Position numbers and translations under genes: made by a program
Source of the DNA: Alphaproteobacteria bacterium
GTDB lineage: Bacteria; Pseudomonadota; Alphaproteobacteria; UBA2136; JAPKEQ01
Assembly (NCBI GenBank): GCA_028821995.1
Contig: JAPKEQ010000002.1
Location: 1 to 51,464 of the forward strand
DNA length: 51,464 nt
Direction of reading: 5' to 3'
Notes under the pieces: generated by a model
Database searches by the model: none
Seen by the model: the letters and a program-made list of their open reading frames with translations, nothing else
Told to the model about the DNA's origin: nothing
Part shown: positions 43,895 to 51,464 of the stretch, piece by piece
How positions within the stretch are numbered: the first letter of the stretch is position 1
How the letters are laid out: each line of letters starts with the position of its first letter

Positions 43895-45297
43895 TCGCTC
43901 TCTTCCTTTACCTTAAGGGCAAGAAACAGATTATTGCCACCTCTACGAACAAGAACCAGAGCTGTTGCATCTGCATTTTTAATGGCTTTTGTTACATCGG
44001 CGACAGCATTCACATTTTGGTTTGCTACCTTAACCAAAACATCACCGCGGCGAATACCAGATTGCGCAGCAAGGCTTGTTCTTTCAACTTCAATAACAGC
44101 AACACCTTTTTGGTCCTTATCAAGAGAGAGCTGTTCTCTCAGTTTTGAATTTAGAGGTTTTAATTTCATACCAAGAAGATCATCAGCCTCTTCCTTTTCA
44201 GAAATATTCTCTTCACTCGCCTCTTCTTCAAGCTCTTCAATCGTCACGTTAAGCGTTTTATTTTTCTCACCGCGGCGCACAAGAACTTTAACGCTCTTAC
44301 CAATAGCTGTTTCTGCAACTTGCTTAGGCAGGTCATTCATTTTTTCAACACTGACACCGTCAAATGATAAAATCACATCACCAGATTTAAGGCCGCCTTT
44401 AGCAGCAGGGCTTTCAGGCATCACCTCAGCAACAAGCGCCCCTTTTGGATTATCAAGTTCTAACGCATCAGCAAGCTCTGTTGTAACAGTTTGAATTTGC
44501 ACGCCAAGCCAGCCGCGAATCGGACGGCCATGCTCTTTAATCTGATCCGCAATAAGCTGAACAGTATTAATTGGAACTGCAAAACCGATACCCTGATAGC
44601 CACCTGTACGCGTGAGAATTGCTGTATTAATCCCCACAACCTGACCATCACTATTAAACAGAGGGCCACCAGAATTACCTGGGTTAATTGCTGCATCTGT
44701 TTGAATAAAGTCATCGTATGGGCCTTGATTAATATTACGGCCGGTTGCACTGACAATACCTGCAGTCACACTACTAGAAAGACCAAACGGGCTTCCAATC
44801 GCAAGCACCCAGTCGCCCACACGCATTTTTTCACTATCGCCAAGCGGCGCAACAGGAAGCTCTTTACCTTCTGCATCAATTTTAAGAAGCGCTATATCAT
44901 TTTTAGGGTCAGAGCCGATAAGCTCTGCCTTAAACTCACGAGAGTAACCATCAACTTTTACAAGAATATCATCCGCACCCTTTACCACATGGTAATTAGT
45001 AAAAATCAGGCCGTCTTTTTCAACAATAACACCAGAACCTAAAGAGCTTTGCGGGCGGCGCTGCTTAGGCATACCGTCCATCATGCCGCCAAAGAAATGC
45101 TCAAATGGCGTTCCCTTTAACTCAGGTGGAATCTGAGGGAGATTTTTTGCAAGCGCAGGCTTAGGAGCCGTTTTTGTTGAGATATTAACAACAGTGTTTT
45201 GATATTTTTCAATAAGTGGTGCAAAGCTCTTTGGCATTGCATGCACAGAATTACTTGCCACAACTAAAGAAAGGGCAATCGCTACTTGCTTTATCAT
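43891..45297 (-). CDS. degP: periplasmic serine endoprotease DegP/DegQ (HtrA family, two PDZ domains)
   Basis: 468 aa with a signal peptide. Contains TDAAINPGNSGGPLF. It overlaps miaA by 4 nt. Confidence 0.92.
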   Translation of the reverse strand: MIKQVAIALSLVVASNSVHAMPKSFAPLIEKYQNTVVNISTKTAPKPALAKNLPQIPPELKGTPFEHFFGGMMDGMPKQRRPQSSLGSGVIVEKDGLIFTNYHVVKGADDILVKVDGYSREFKAELIGSDPKNDIALLKIDAEGKELPVAPLGDSEKMRVGDWVLAIGSPFGLSSSVTAGIVSATGRNINQGPYDDFIQTDAAINPGNSGGPLFNSDGQVVGINTAILTRTGGYQGIGFAVPINTVQLIADQIKEHGRPIRGWLGVQIQTVTTELADALELDNPKGALVAEVMPESPAAKGGLKSGDVILSFDGVSVEKMNDLPKQVAETAIGKSVKVLVRRGEKNKTLNVTIEELEEEASEENISEKEEADDLLGMKLKPLNSKLREQLSLDKDQKGVAVIEVERTSLAAQSGIRRGDVLVKVANQNVNAVADVTKAIKNADATALVLVRRGGNNLFLALKVKEESE

Positions 45298-45323
45298 AGT
45301 ACGTATTTCCTATTTATTTACTT

Positions 45324-46178
45324 TTATTTACTAAACTGTTTAAAGAAGCTCATATCACTATCAAGAACCATATACGTCTTATCTCCGCTTAGTCCTTCAC
45401 GGTAAGCATCGAGAGAACGCATAAAGCTGTAAAATTCAGGGTCCTTATTAAAGGCTGCTCCCGTAATTTTAATAGAAAGAGCATCTCCTTCACCACGCAA
45501 TTTTTCACTGTCACGCTTAGCTTCGGCAAGAAGAATCGTACGTTGTTTGTTCGCATCAGCACGAATTTTTTGTGCTTCTTCTTCACCTTGCGCACGAATT
45601 TCTTTAGATTCCTTCTCACGTTCAGCGCGCATACGCTGGTAAATCGCACGAGAGTTTTCTTCAGGAAGATCAGAGCGTTTAATACGCACATCCACAATTT
45701 CTACGCCAAGAGGCTCAGCCTGAACGCGCGCATTTTCTAAAATGCTTCGCATAAGTTTCGCGCGGTCACCTGATACAATCTCAACAAGCTCCTCACGGCC
45801 AAGGTAAGAACGCATTGCAGAGTTTACAATAATGTTAATACGCTCAAGCGCTGCGCTTTCGTTGCGAACAGCTTCGTAGAACTTACGCGCATTCACAATT
45901 TGCCAACGCGTAAAGCTATCAACAAGAAGGCGTTTCTTATCTTTAGTTACGTACTCTGTTGGCGTCGCATCTGTTTCAAGGATACGCTTATCAAACATGA
46001 CAATATTTTGAATAAAAGGCACTTTAAGCTTAAGCCCCGGCTCACTAATAAGGCGATCCACCTTACCAAGAGTTAGCACCATCGCTTGATTTGTTTCTTT
46101 TACAATAAACAGGCTGTTCATTCCAATAACGACAGCAATCGCAAGGCCAATTAGACCAATTGTTTGAATAGGTTTCAT
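45324..46178 (-). CDS. hflC: protease modulator HflC
   Basis: 284 aa with an N-terminal TM helix and an SPFH/band-7 domain. It follows hflK immediately. Confidence 0.9.
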   Translation of the reverse strand: MKPIQTIGLIGLAIAVVIGMNSLFIVKETNQAMVLTLGKVDRLISEPGLKLKVPFIQNIVMFDKRILETDATPTEYVTKDKKRLLVDSFTRWQIVNARKFYEAVRNESAALERINIIVNSAMRSYLGREELVEIVSGDRAKLMRSILENARVQAEPLGVEIVDVRIKRSDLPEENSRAIYQRMRAEREKESKEIRAQGEEEAQKIRADANKQRTILLAEAKRDSEKLRGEGDALSIKITGAAFNKDPEFYSFMRSLDAYREGLSGDKTYMVLDSDMSFFKQFSK

Positions 46179-47338
46179 TAGCGGCGCCCTCCTTCTTTCA
46201 TGCGATCCAGTGGCAGGTATGGCAGAACGTTACCGCTTGCCCCTCCAGTAATCACAACTTTTTGAGTATCTTTCATAACCTCTTGCATTGTTTCAAGGTA
46301 CAAACGTTCTTTCGTCACTTCTTTAGCACCACGGTACTCTATAAGCTGCGCGTTAAAACGTGCGGCGTCACCTTCTGCTTCAGAAACACGGGCGCTTTTG
46401 TAACCTTCAGCTTCTTGCAAAATTTGAGCAGCTTCACCACGCGCACGCGGAAGAATATCATTTGCATAACCAATGGCTTCGTTTTGCGTACGCTCTTTAT
46501 CAGCACGCGCTGCCTGCACATCTCTAAATGCCTCAATAACAGACTTTGGAGGATTGACTTGCTGGAGTTCAATACCAGAAATAAGCACACCCATTTCATA
46601 TGAATCTGCAACAGACTGAATCAATTCGCGCACTTCCTCTTGAATCATCGCACGGCTCTCTGTAAGAGCTGCATCAATTGGATGCTTACCAATGACTTCA
46701 CGCATTGCGCTTTCTGCAATATTTTTTAGCGCGCTGTCAGGGTTTGATACTTTAAACAAATAGTTTTCCGGAATGCCTATACGCCAACGCACAGTAAAGT
46801 TTAGATCAACAATATTCTCATCACCTGTTAGCATAAGAGATTCTGGCGGCACATCAACTTCTTGACCATCCTTAAGCGTATGAAGCGTTCTCTGCCCAAA
46901 AGCTTGCCCGCTATACACCTTTCTTCTAAAGCCAACTTCAACAATATTCTCAGTTGTCACCTTAGGCTTAATTACAGTTTCAATTGGGTACGGTAGGTGA
47001 TAGTTAGGCCCAGGCTCAGTTACTGTTTTCACATATTCCCCAAAACGCAGAACAACGCCATTTTCATCAGGCTGAACAATATAAATACCGCTCGCTAGCC
47101 AAACAAAACCAAGTCCAGCCAGAACAAGGCCAAAAATTTTTCCGCTGTTAGGTTCACCAGGACCGCCGCGTCCGCCCATCATGTTTTTCATACGGTTTTG
47201 AGCCTCACGCAACACATCATCAATGTCAGGCCCTCCAGGACGGTACCCGCCGCCAGATGGGCGCTTACTACCACCTTTTGGTGAATCTCCCCATGGGTTC
47301 TCACGTTTACTCATCATTATGGAACTCAAAATAGACAT
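46178..47338 (-). CDS. hflK: protease modulator HflK
   Basis: 386 aa. It has a Gly/Pro-rich N-terminus (NPWGDSPKGG...), a TM helix, and an SPFH domain. AAGGA lies upstream of the ATG. Confidence 0.9.
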   Translation of the reverse strand: MSILSSIMMSKRENPWGDSPKGGSKRPSGGGYRPGGPDIDDVLREAQNRMKNMMGGRGGPGEPNSGKIFGLVLAGLGFVWLASGIYIVQPDENGVVLRFGEYVKTVTEPGPNYHLPYPIETVIKPKVTTENIVEVGFRRKVYSGQAFGQRTLHTLKDGQEVDVPPESLMLTGDENIVDLNFTVRWRIGIPENYLFKVSNPDSALKNIAESAMREVIGKHPIDAALTESRAMIQEEVRELIQSVADSYEMGVLISGIELQQVNPPKSVIEAFRDVQAARADKERTQNEAIGYANDILPRARGEAAQILQEAEGYKSARVSEAEGDAARFNAQLIEYRGAKEVTKERLYLETMQEVMKDTQKVVITGGASGNVLPYLPLDRMKEGGRR

Positions 47339-47409
47339 ATTTTTTCCTTGTTCTTTTTCTTAATTATTTAAGATTCAACTATTATGACTGACTTATAGTC
47401 AGGGTCAAG

Positions 47410-48225
47410 TTATCCGGCTTCTTCAAATACGATTTTAACAGGTCCGCTCGACGTCTCATTAGAGGCATTCAAGTATGACCATACCTTTTCAGCAAGTTCG
47501 CTATAGGCTTTTGCACTTGCACTATCTGGTGCATAAATATTAACGGGCTTACCTTCGTCTGTAAGTTCGCGAAGTTTTGGTTCTAGCGGCACTTCGCACA
47601 ACAAAGGCACACCCAGCTTATCAGCTGTTTTCTTTGCACCATCTTTACTAAAAATATGGCTTTCATGATTACAGTTTGGGCAGCAAAATACACTCATATT
47701 CTCAACAATACCCATCACAGGGATATCCACCTTATTAAGCATATTCAGACCCTTAACCGCATCAATTAAAGCAATATCTTGAGGTGTTGAAACAATAACT
47801 GCACCATCCACAGATGCTTGTTGCGCAATAGAAAGTTGAATATCACCCGTCCCTGGAGGCATGTCCAAAATAAGCACGTCAAGCGGTGCCCATTTCACTT
47901 GGCGAAGCATCTGCACGAGAGCTGATTGCACCATAGGCCCGCGCCATACCATTGGCTCATCCTCTTCCACAAGAAAACCCATAGACATGATTTTTATACC
48001 GTGGCTAAGTACAGGTTCAATGTTTTCACCATCACTCTCTGGCTTTGAATCTTTTACACCAAGCATACGCGGTTGAGATGGGCCATACACATCAGCATCA
48101 AGAATACCAACCTTTTGCCCCTGCAAGTTTAGGGCAACAGCTAGGTTCATTGCTGTTGTAGACTTACCAACACCGCCCTTGCCAGACGCCACTGCAATAA
48201 TATATTTTACGCCATCAATTTTCAT
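47410..48225 (-). CDS. apbC: Mrp/ApbC-family iron-sulfur cluster carrier ATPase
   Basis: 271 aa. Contains the deviant Walker A ASGKGGVGKST and the CPNC motif (FCCPNCNHESHIF). Confidence 0.9.
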   Translation of the reverse strand: MKIDGVKYIIAVASGKGGVGKSTTAMNLAVALNLQGQKVGILDADVYGPSQPRMLGVKDSKPESDGENIEPVLSHGIKIMSMGFLVEEDEPMVWRGPMVQSALVQMLRQVKWAPLDVLILDMPPGTGDIQLSIAQQASVDGAVIVSTPQDIALIDAVKGLNMLNKVDIPVMGIVENMSVFCCPNCNHESHIFSKDGAKKTADKLGVPLLCEVPLEPKLRELTDEGKPVNIYAPDSASAKAYSELAEKVWSYLNASNETSSGPVKIVFEEAG

Positions 48226-48325
48226 GGAGATTCACTTTTCTTTTTATAGGTCCCTTATTTTTACGACAGAGACGAACAAAGTGCAAGATAAACAGGACTG
48301 TTTTTGATCTATTTTTAAGAGTCAT

Positions 48326-48356
48326 AAAAAAACCTCCCTGCTTGGGAGGTCTTTTT
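48326..48356 (-). terminator. intrinsic terminator (palindromic, usable in both directions)
   Basis: aaaaaaa-cctccc-tgctt-gggagg-tcttttt lies 13 nt downstream of the stop at 48369. Confidence 0.85.
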
Positions 48357-48368
48357 ATAATGCTGAGT

Positions 48369-49466
48369 TTAAGCTGCGTAAGACATACGCTCTTCTTCCT
48401 CATATGAAGCGTAGTAAGAGCCATTTTTTGTCATAAAGAATTTATCCAATGGAATATCCTCCTGCTTCAAGAAACCACTTGAAGGCAAATCACCATTACT
48501 TACCATTTCAATTACGGCGCAAAGGCTTGCAGCTGTTGTCCAGCTAATGGCGCGGTACATGTTATCCCCTACACGCTCAGGCTCGTAGCAACGTACAAAT
48601 TCTTCACGTGTAAGCTTGCCATTTTTCTCACCTTCTACAGCGGCGTGCACAAGCACAAAATCTTCATTTACAGGAGGTTTTGCATGCACAAGAATATCGC
48701 CAGCTTCTTCGCGGCGGTCTTTCATATGAAGTTCTTCAAAGAAGAAACGCATAAGGCTGCAATGCCCAGGGTAACGCATTGTTTTGTAGTTCAGTGTATC
48801 TACTTTACCGGCATATGTTTCACACATAGTGCCAAGGCCGCCAGATGTTGTGAAGGCTTCAAGTTTAAGACCGTCAATAAGAATTGTTTCAAGGCCTTCC
48901 ATAGGAGGAACCATTTTACGTTCACTGTTATGAATCACCTCGCAGTCATTTAGGTATTCATTAACAACACCCTCTGCTGACCAGTTAAAAGCGTACCCCA
49001 TCTTACCGCGCGGATGCTGTGGAAGCGCACCTACACGAAGCTCAATAGAGCGAAGATTATCAAATGTTTTTGCAAGGCTAGAACCGACAATACCGATAAA
49101 TCCTGGCGCAAGTCCGCACTGCGGTGCCATAAGGCAATTTGCCGTTTTGCTCATTTCAATCACAGCGTTTGTTGTTGGAACATCCTCTGTGAGGTCAAAA
49201 TAGTGGGTATTTTTTTCAGCGCAAATAGATGCAACTTCGATATTAAAATTGTAAGGCAGGCAAGAAACGACTGCATCAAAAGTATCAATAAGTTTAGAAA
49301 GCTCAGCTTTGTTTGTCACATCGCCAACAAGAGTTTTAAATTCAAGATTACGGCTCACCGCATCCATTCCTGTTACGTCAAAGCCGCTCTCATGGAGAAG
49401 TGTCCCTACCAAATTACCAACTTTACCAAGACCTAAAACCAACGTAGATTTAATTTTCTGGCTCAT
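48369..49466 (-). CDS. saccharopine dehydrogenase-family oxidoreductase (possibly lysine 6-dehydrogenase-like)
   Basis: 365 aa. The N-terminal Rossmann motif is VLGLGKVGNLVG. CGLAPGF and the overall length are typical of the short saccharopine-DH/LysDH family. Confidence 0.7.
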   Translation of the reverse strand: MSQKIKSTLVLGLGKVGNLVGTLLHESGFDVTGMDAVSRNLEFKTLVGDVTNKAELSKLIDTFDAVVSCLPYNFNIEVASICAEKNTHYFDLTEDVPTTNAVIEMSKTANCLMAPQCGLAPGFIGIVGSSLAKTFDNLRSIELRVGALPQHPRGKMGYAFNWSAEGVVNEYLNDCEVIHNSERKMVPPMEGLETILIDGLKLEAFTTSGGLGTMCETYAGKVDTLNYKTMRYPGHCSLMRFFFEELHMKDRREEAGDILVHAKPPVNEDFVLVHAAVEGEKNGKLTREEFVRCYEPERVGDNMYRAISWTTAASLCAVIEMVSNGDLPSSGFLKQEDIPLDKFFMTKNGSYYASYEEEERMSYAA

Positions 49467-49586
49467 GCGAGAGCTCCTCCTTATTTAATTGTTCCATATT
49501 TATAACCTTAACTAGACGCGGGCGCAATAACAGGATACAAAGAACGCATAAATATCTTCCTTTCCGCTTACATTAAGGATATCTAC

Positions 49587-49889
49587 ATGTTCCAATTTCC
49601 TTTGGTTCTTCTCGCTGTTTCTTGTGCGGTTAGCTTTACTGCTTTTGGTTTTTGGACACGTGGATTGCGGGCCAAAAACAGACAAAAGCTTGAAAACGGC
49701 CGCAAGGATTTTCATATGGATGAAGAGCATTTTGCAGGAGGCAAACCCAGCCCGCACAATTTAGAAGAACGCCCCAAAAGTAAGGCGGAAATTTTCTATA
49801 TTATACACGTCTCGGCGCGCATGGTCTTTATGTTCACCGTTCCATTTGTGTTTATCGCGCTGGCTTTACTCTATATAGAGAGTACCTAA
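49587..49889 (+). CDS. hypothetical membrane protein (two terminal TM helices)
   Basis: 100 aa, followed 5 nt later by a strong terminator. It is preferred over the overlapping minus-strand ORF 49512..49757. Confidence 0.5.
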   Translation: MFQFPLVLLAVSCAVSFTAFGFWTRGLRAKNRQKLENGRKDFHMDEEHFAGGKPSPHNLEERPKSKAEIFYIIHVSARMVFMFTVPFVFIALALLYIEST

Positions 49890-49893
49890 ATCG

Positions 49894-49924
49894 AAAAAAG
49901 CTCCCGTTCATTCGGGAGCTTTTT
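49894..49924. terminator. bidirectional intrinsic terminator
   Basis: aaaaa-agctcccg-ttcatt-cgggagct-tttt lies between the 100-aa ORF (+) and folA (-). Confidence 0.88.
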
Positions 49925-49925
49925 C

Positions 49926-50408
49926 TTATTTTGAGTAGGTAATATATTTAAATGCAGGATGTTCTTCGCTAGAAGGTATGCACTCCTCATCTAATATTTT
50001 CCACTGTGTAAAATCAACCTCTGGGAAAAATGTATCAGCTTCCGGAGCATCATCCACCTCTGTAAGCATCAGCTTTGTTGCATAAGGCAGGGCCATTTTA
50101 TAAACCTCACCTCCTCCGCCAACCATAATCTCAGCATATCTTGCACTTTCACAAGCCGCCAAAGCTTCCTCCAAAGAAGAAACAACAACAGCGCCCTTTG
50201 CCTTATAAGAAACATCTCTTGAAACTACAATCATAAACCGCCCAGGAAGCGCGCCATGAGTCTCAAATGTTTTACGACCAAGAATGTAAGCTTTACCTGA
50301 TGTTAAAGATTTAAAACGAGGCAGATCCCCTGGCAAATGCCAGAGGAGCTTCTCATCTTTACTAATTCCGCGATTTTTTGCAACCGCTGCAATAAGCGTG
50401 ATTTCCAT
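49926..50408 (-). CDS. folA: dihydrofolate reductase
   Basis: 160 aa. Contains ITLIAAVAKNRGI, LPWHLPGDL-like (LLWHLPGDLPRF), and GRKTFE. The start overlaps the thyA stop (TAATG). Confidence 0.92.
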   Translation of the reverse strand: MEITLIAAVAKNRGISKDEKLLWHLPGDLPRFKSLTSGKAYILGRKTFETHGALPGRFMIVVSRDVSYKAKGAVVVSSLEEALAACESARYAEIMVGGGGEVYKMALPYATKLMLTEVDDAPEADTFFPEVDFTQWKILDEECIPSSEEHPAFKYITYSK

Positions 50409-51202
50409 TATACGGCGATAGGCGCAGCAATACGTTCATGAGATTGGTAATTCTCAAGAACAATATCATCAAAGGTAAAATCAAAGAGGTTCTTCACATC
50501 CTTATTTAACTTAAGCTCAGGAAGTGGAAACTCTTTTCTCAGCAGTTGAGTATTCACCTGCTCCACGTGGTTTTTATAAATGTGCACATCACCAAAGGTA
50601 TGAATAAACTCTCCAACCTCAAGGCCTGTCGCCTGCGCGACCATATGCGTAAGAAGTGCGTATGATGCAATGTTAAATGGCACACCAAGAAATACATCTG
50701 CGCTACGTTGATAAAGCTGGCAACTCAGCTTACCATTTGCCACGTAAAACTGAAATAGGCAGTGGCACGGCGGCAGCGCCATGTTATCAACTTCAGCCAC
50801 GTTCCAAGCAGATACAATCAAACGGCGTGAATCGGGGTTATTTTTAATTTGGTCAATGAGGCCAGTAATTTGGTCAACGTGCGTTCCATTTGGTGTTGGC
50901 CAGTTGCGCCACTGAGAGCCATAAACTGGGCCAAGGTCGCCGTTTTCATCTGCCCATTCATTCCAAATCTTTACACCATTGTCTGTAAGATACTTAATGT
51001 TAGTCTCTCCTTTAAGAAACCAAATTAGCTCATGCACAATCGCTTTAAAATGAACTTTTTTTGTCGTGAGAAGCGGAAAGCCCTCATTAAGATCAAAGCG
51101 CATCTGATGGCCGAACAAACTATATGTGCCCGTCCCTGTGCGATCTTCCTTTAAAGTGCCTTCTGTTTTAATTTTTTCAAGCAAATCATGATATTGCTTC
51201 AT
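50408..51202 (-). CDS. thyA: thymidylate synthase (ThyA)
   Basis: 264 aa. Contains [15 protein letters not shown], the active-site context [12 protein letters not shown], and [16 protein letters not shown]. Confidence 0.97.
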   Translation of the reverse strand: MKQYHDLLEKIKTEGTLKEDRTGTGTYSLFGHQMRFDLNEGFPLLTTKKVHFKAIVHELIWFLKGETNIKYLTDNGVKIWNEWADENGDLGPVYGSQWRNWPTPNGTHVDQITGLIDQIKNNPDSRRLIVSAWNVAEVDNMALPPCHCLFQFYVANGKLSCQLYQRSADVFLGVPFNIASYALLTHMVAQATGLEVGEFIHTFGDVHIYKNHVEQVNTQLLRKEFPLPELKLNKDVKNLFDFTFDDIVLENYQSHERIAAPIAV

Positions 51203-51407
51203 AATGGAGTCTCCCCATTCTTTTTATTAATTTGACAAGATTAAGCACATTCATCTAAAGCATTTGCGCGCAAGCACGAGTCCCCCGAACTTACATACCG
51301 CAGATTTATGCACCTACTTTTTTATGATACCAAAGGCTTCTTTTACACGCTATTATTATCTGGATTTTAACCAGCGCAAATCGCATGACGCATCATACCA
51401 CCATGCA

Positions 51408-51430
51408 GAAAAAGCAGCCCTAAGCTGCTT
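51408..51430 (-). terminator. intrinsic terminator for a minus-strand gene that runs off the right edge
   Basis: On the minus strand: aagcagc-ttagg-gctgctt then TTTTC. The last 36 nt of the window are open on the minus strand and end in TAA at 51429-51431 (..PQKKANPFMNK*). This could be the C-terminus of a truncated gene. Confidence 0.5.
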
Positions 51431-51464
51431 ACTTATTCATAAATGGATTTGCTTTTTTCTGTGG

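Noticed and set aside
43871-45042. Two plus-strand ORFs (207 aa and 183 aa) opposite degP.
   Set aside because: They are antisense shadows of a clearly conserved HtrA protease gene. They are Ser/Thr/Arg-rich with no SD.
47376-47400. Short palindrome ctgact-tat-agtcag between hflK and mrp.
   Set aside because: The stem is only 6 bp with no U-tract. It is too weak to call a terminator or an operator without further evidence.
48215-48424. 69-aa minus-strand ORF spanning the mrp-saccharopine DH intergenic region.
   Set aside because: It runs through the terminator hairpin at 48326-48356 and overlaps both neighbouring genes, so it is spurious.
49512-49757. 81-aa minus-strand ORF overlapping the 100-aa plus-strand ORF.
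   Set aside because: It has no translation signals. The plus-strand ORF ends 5 nt before a strong terminator and encodes two clean TM helices.
1-51464. Scan for CRISPR arrays, IS elements, rRNA operons, prophage or conjugation genes, and reverse transcriptases.
   Set aside because: None was recognised. The only repeats are short in-frame coding repeats (5060-5335) and terminator palindromes.

Overview
This is a 51.5-kb, gene-dense chromosomal segment with about 60 CDS and 2 tRNAs. I saw no rRNA, CRISPR array, transposase, integrase or phage genes. Gene content and local synteny point to a moderately AT-rich alphaproteobacterium-like genome: rluD-rpoH, cobS-cobT without cobN, sucA-sucB-lpdA, hflK-hflC-degP, an adrenodoxin-type ferredoxin, a HIG1-like twin-TM protein and thyA-folA. 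That taxonomic call is inference only. Most genes are housekeeping: rpiB-glyA-nrdR-nusB, murA, glnA, pgsA, parE, corA, a heptose-phosphate adenylyltransferase, tRNA-Gly, tRNA-Glu, gcvT-H-PA-PB, rsmI, miaA, mrp, folA and thyA. Nearly every convergent gene pair is separated by a palindromic A-run/GC-stem/T-run hairpin that can terminate in both directions. Items worth a second look: (1) three tandem pilin/pseudopilin-like paralogs with a non-canonical leader at the left edge; (2) a KamB/NpmA-like 16S rRNA A1408 methyltransferase homologue translationally coupled to rsmI at the tail of the suc-lpd array; (3) a co-directional block of unknown 170-aa protein, CobS (AAA+), CobT (VWA) and a nucleoside-2-deoxyribosyltransferase-like protein at the window centre, with a second deoxyribosyltransferase-like gene paired to a small membrane protein about 3 kb away; (4) a cytoplasmic phosphoribosyltransferase fused to a PQQ-like beta-propeller, sitting between two tRNA genes; (5) a degenerate GH3-like protein next to a secreted Cys-rich protein; (6) several small or low-complexity orphan ORFs. 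All functional calls rest on motif recognition by eye. No database search was run.
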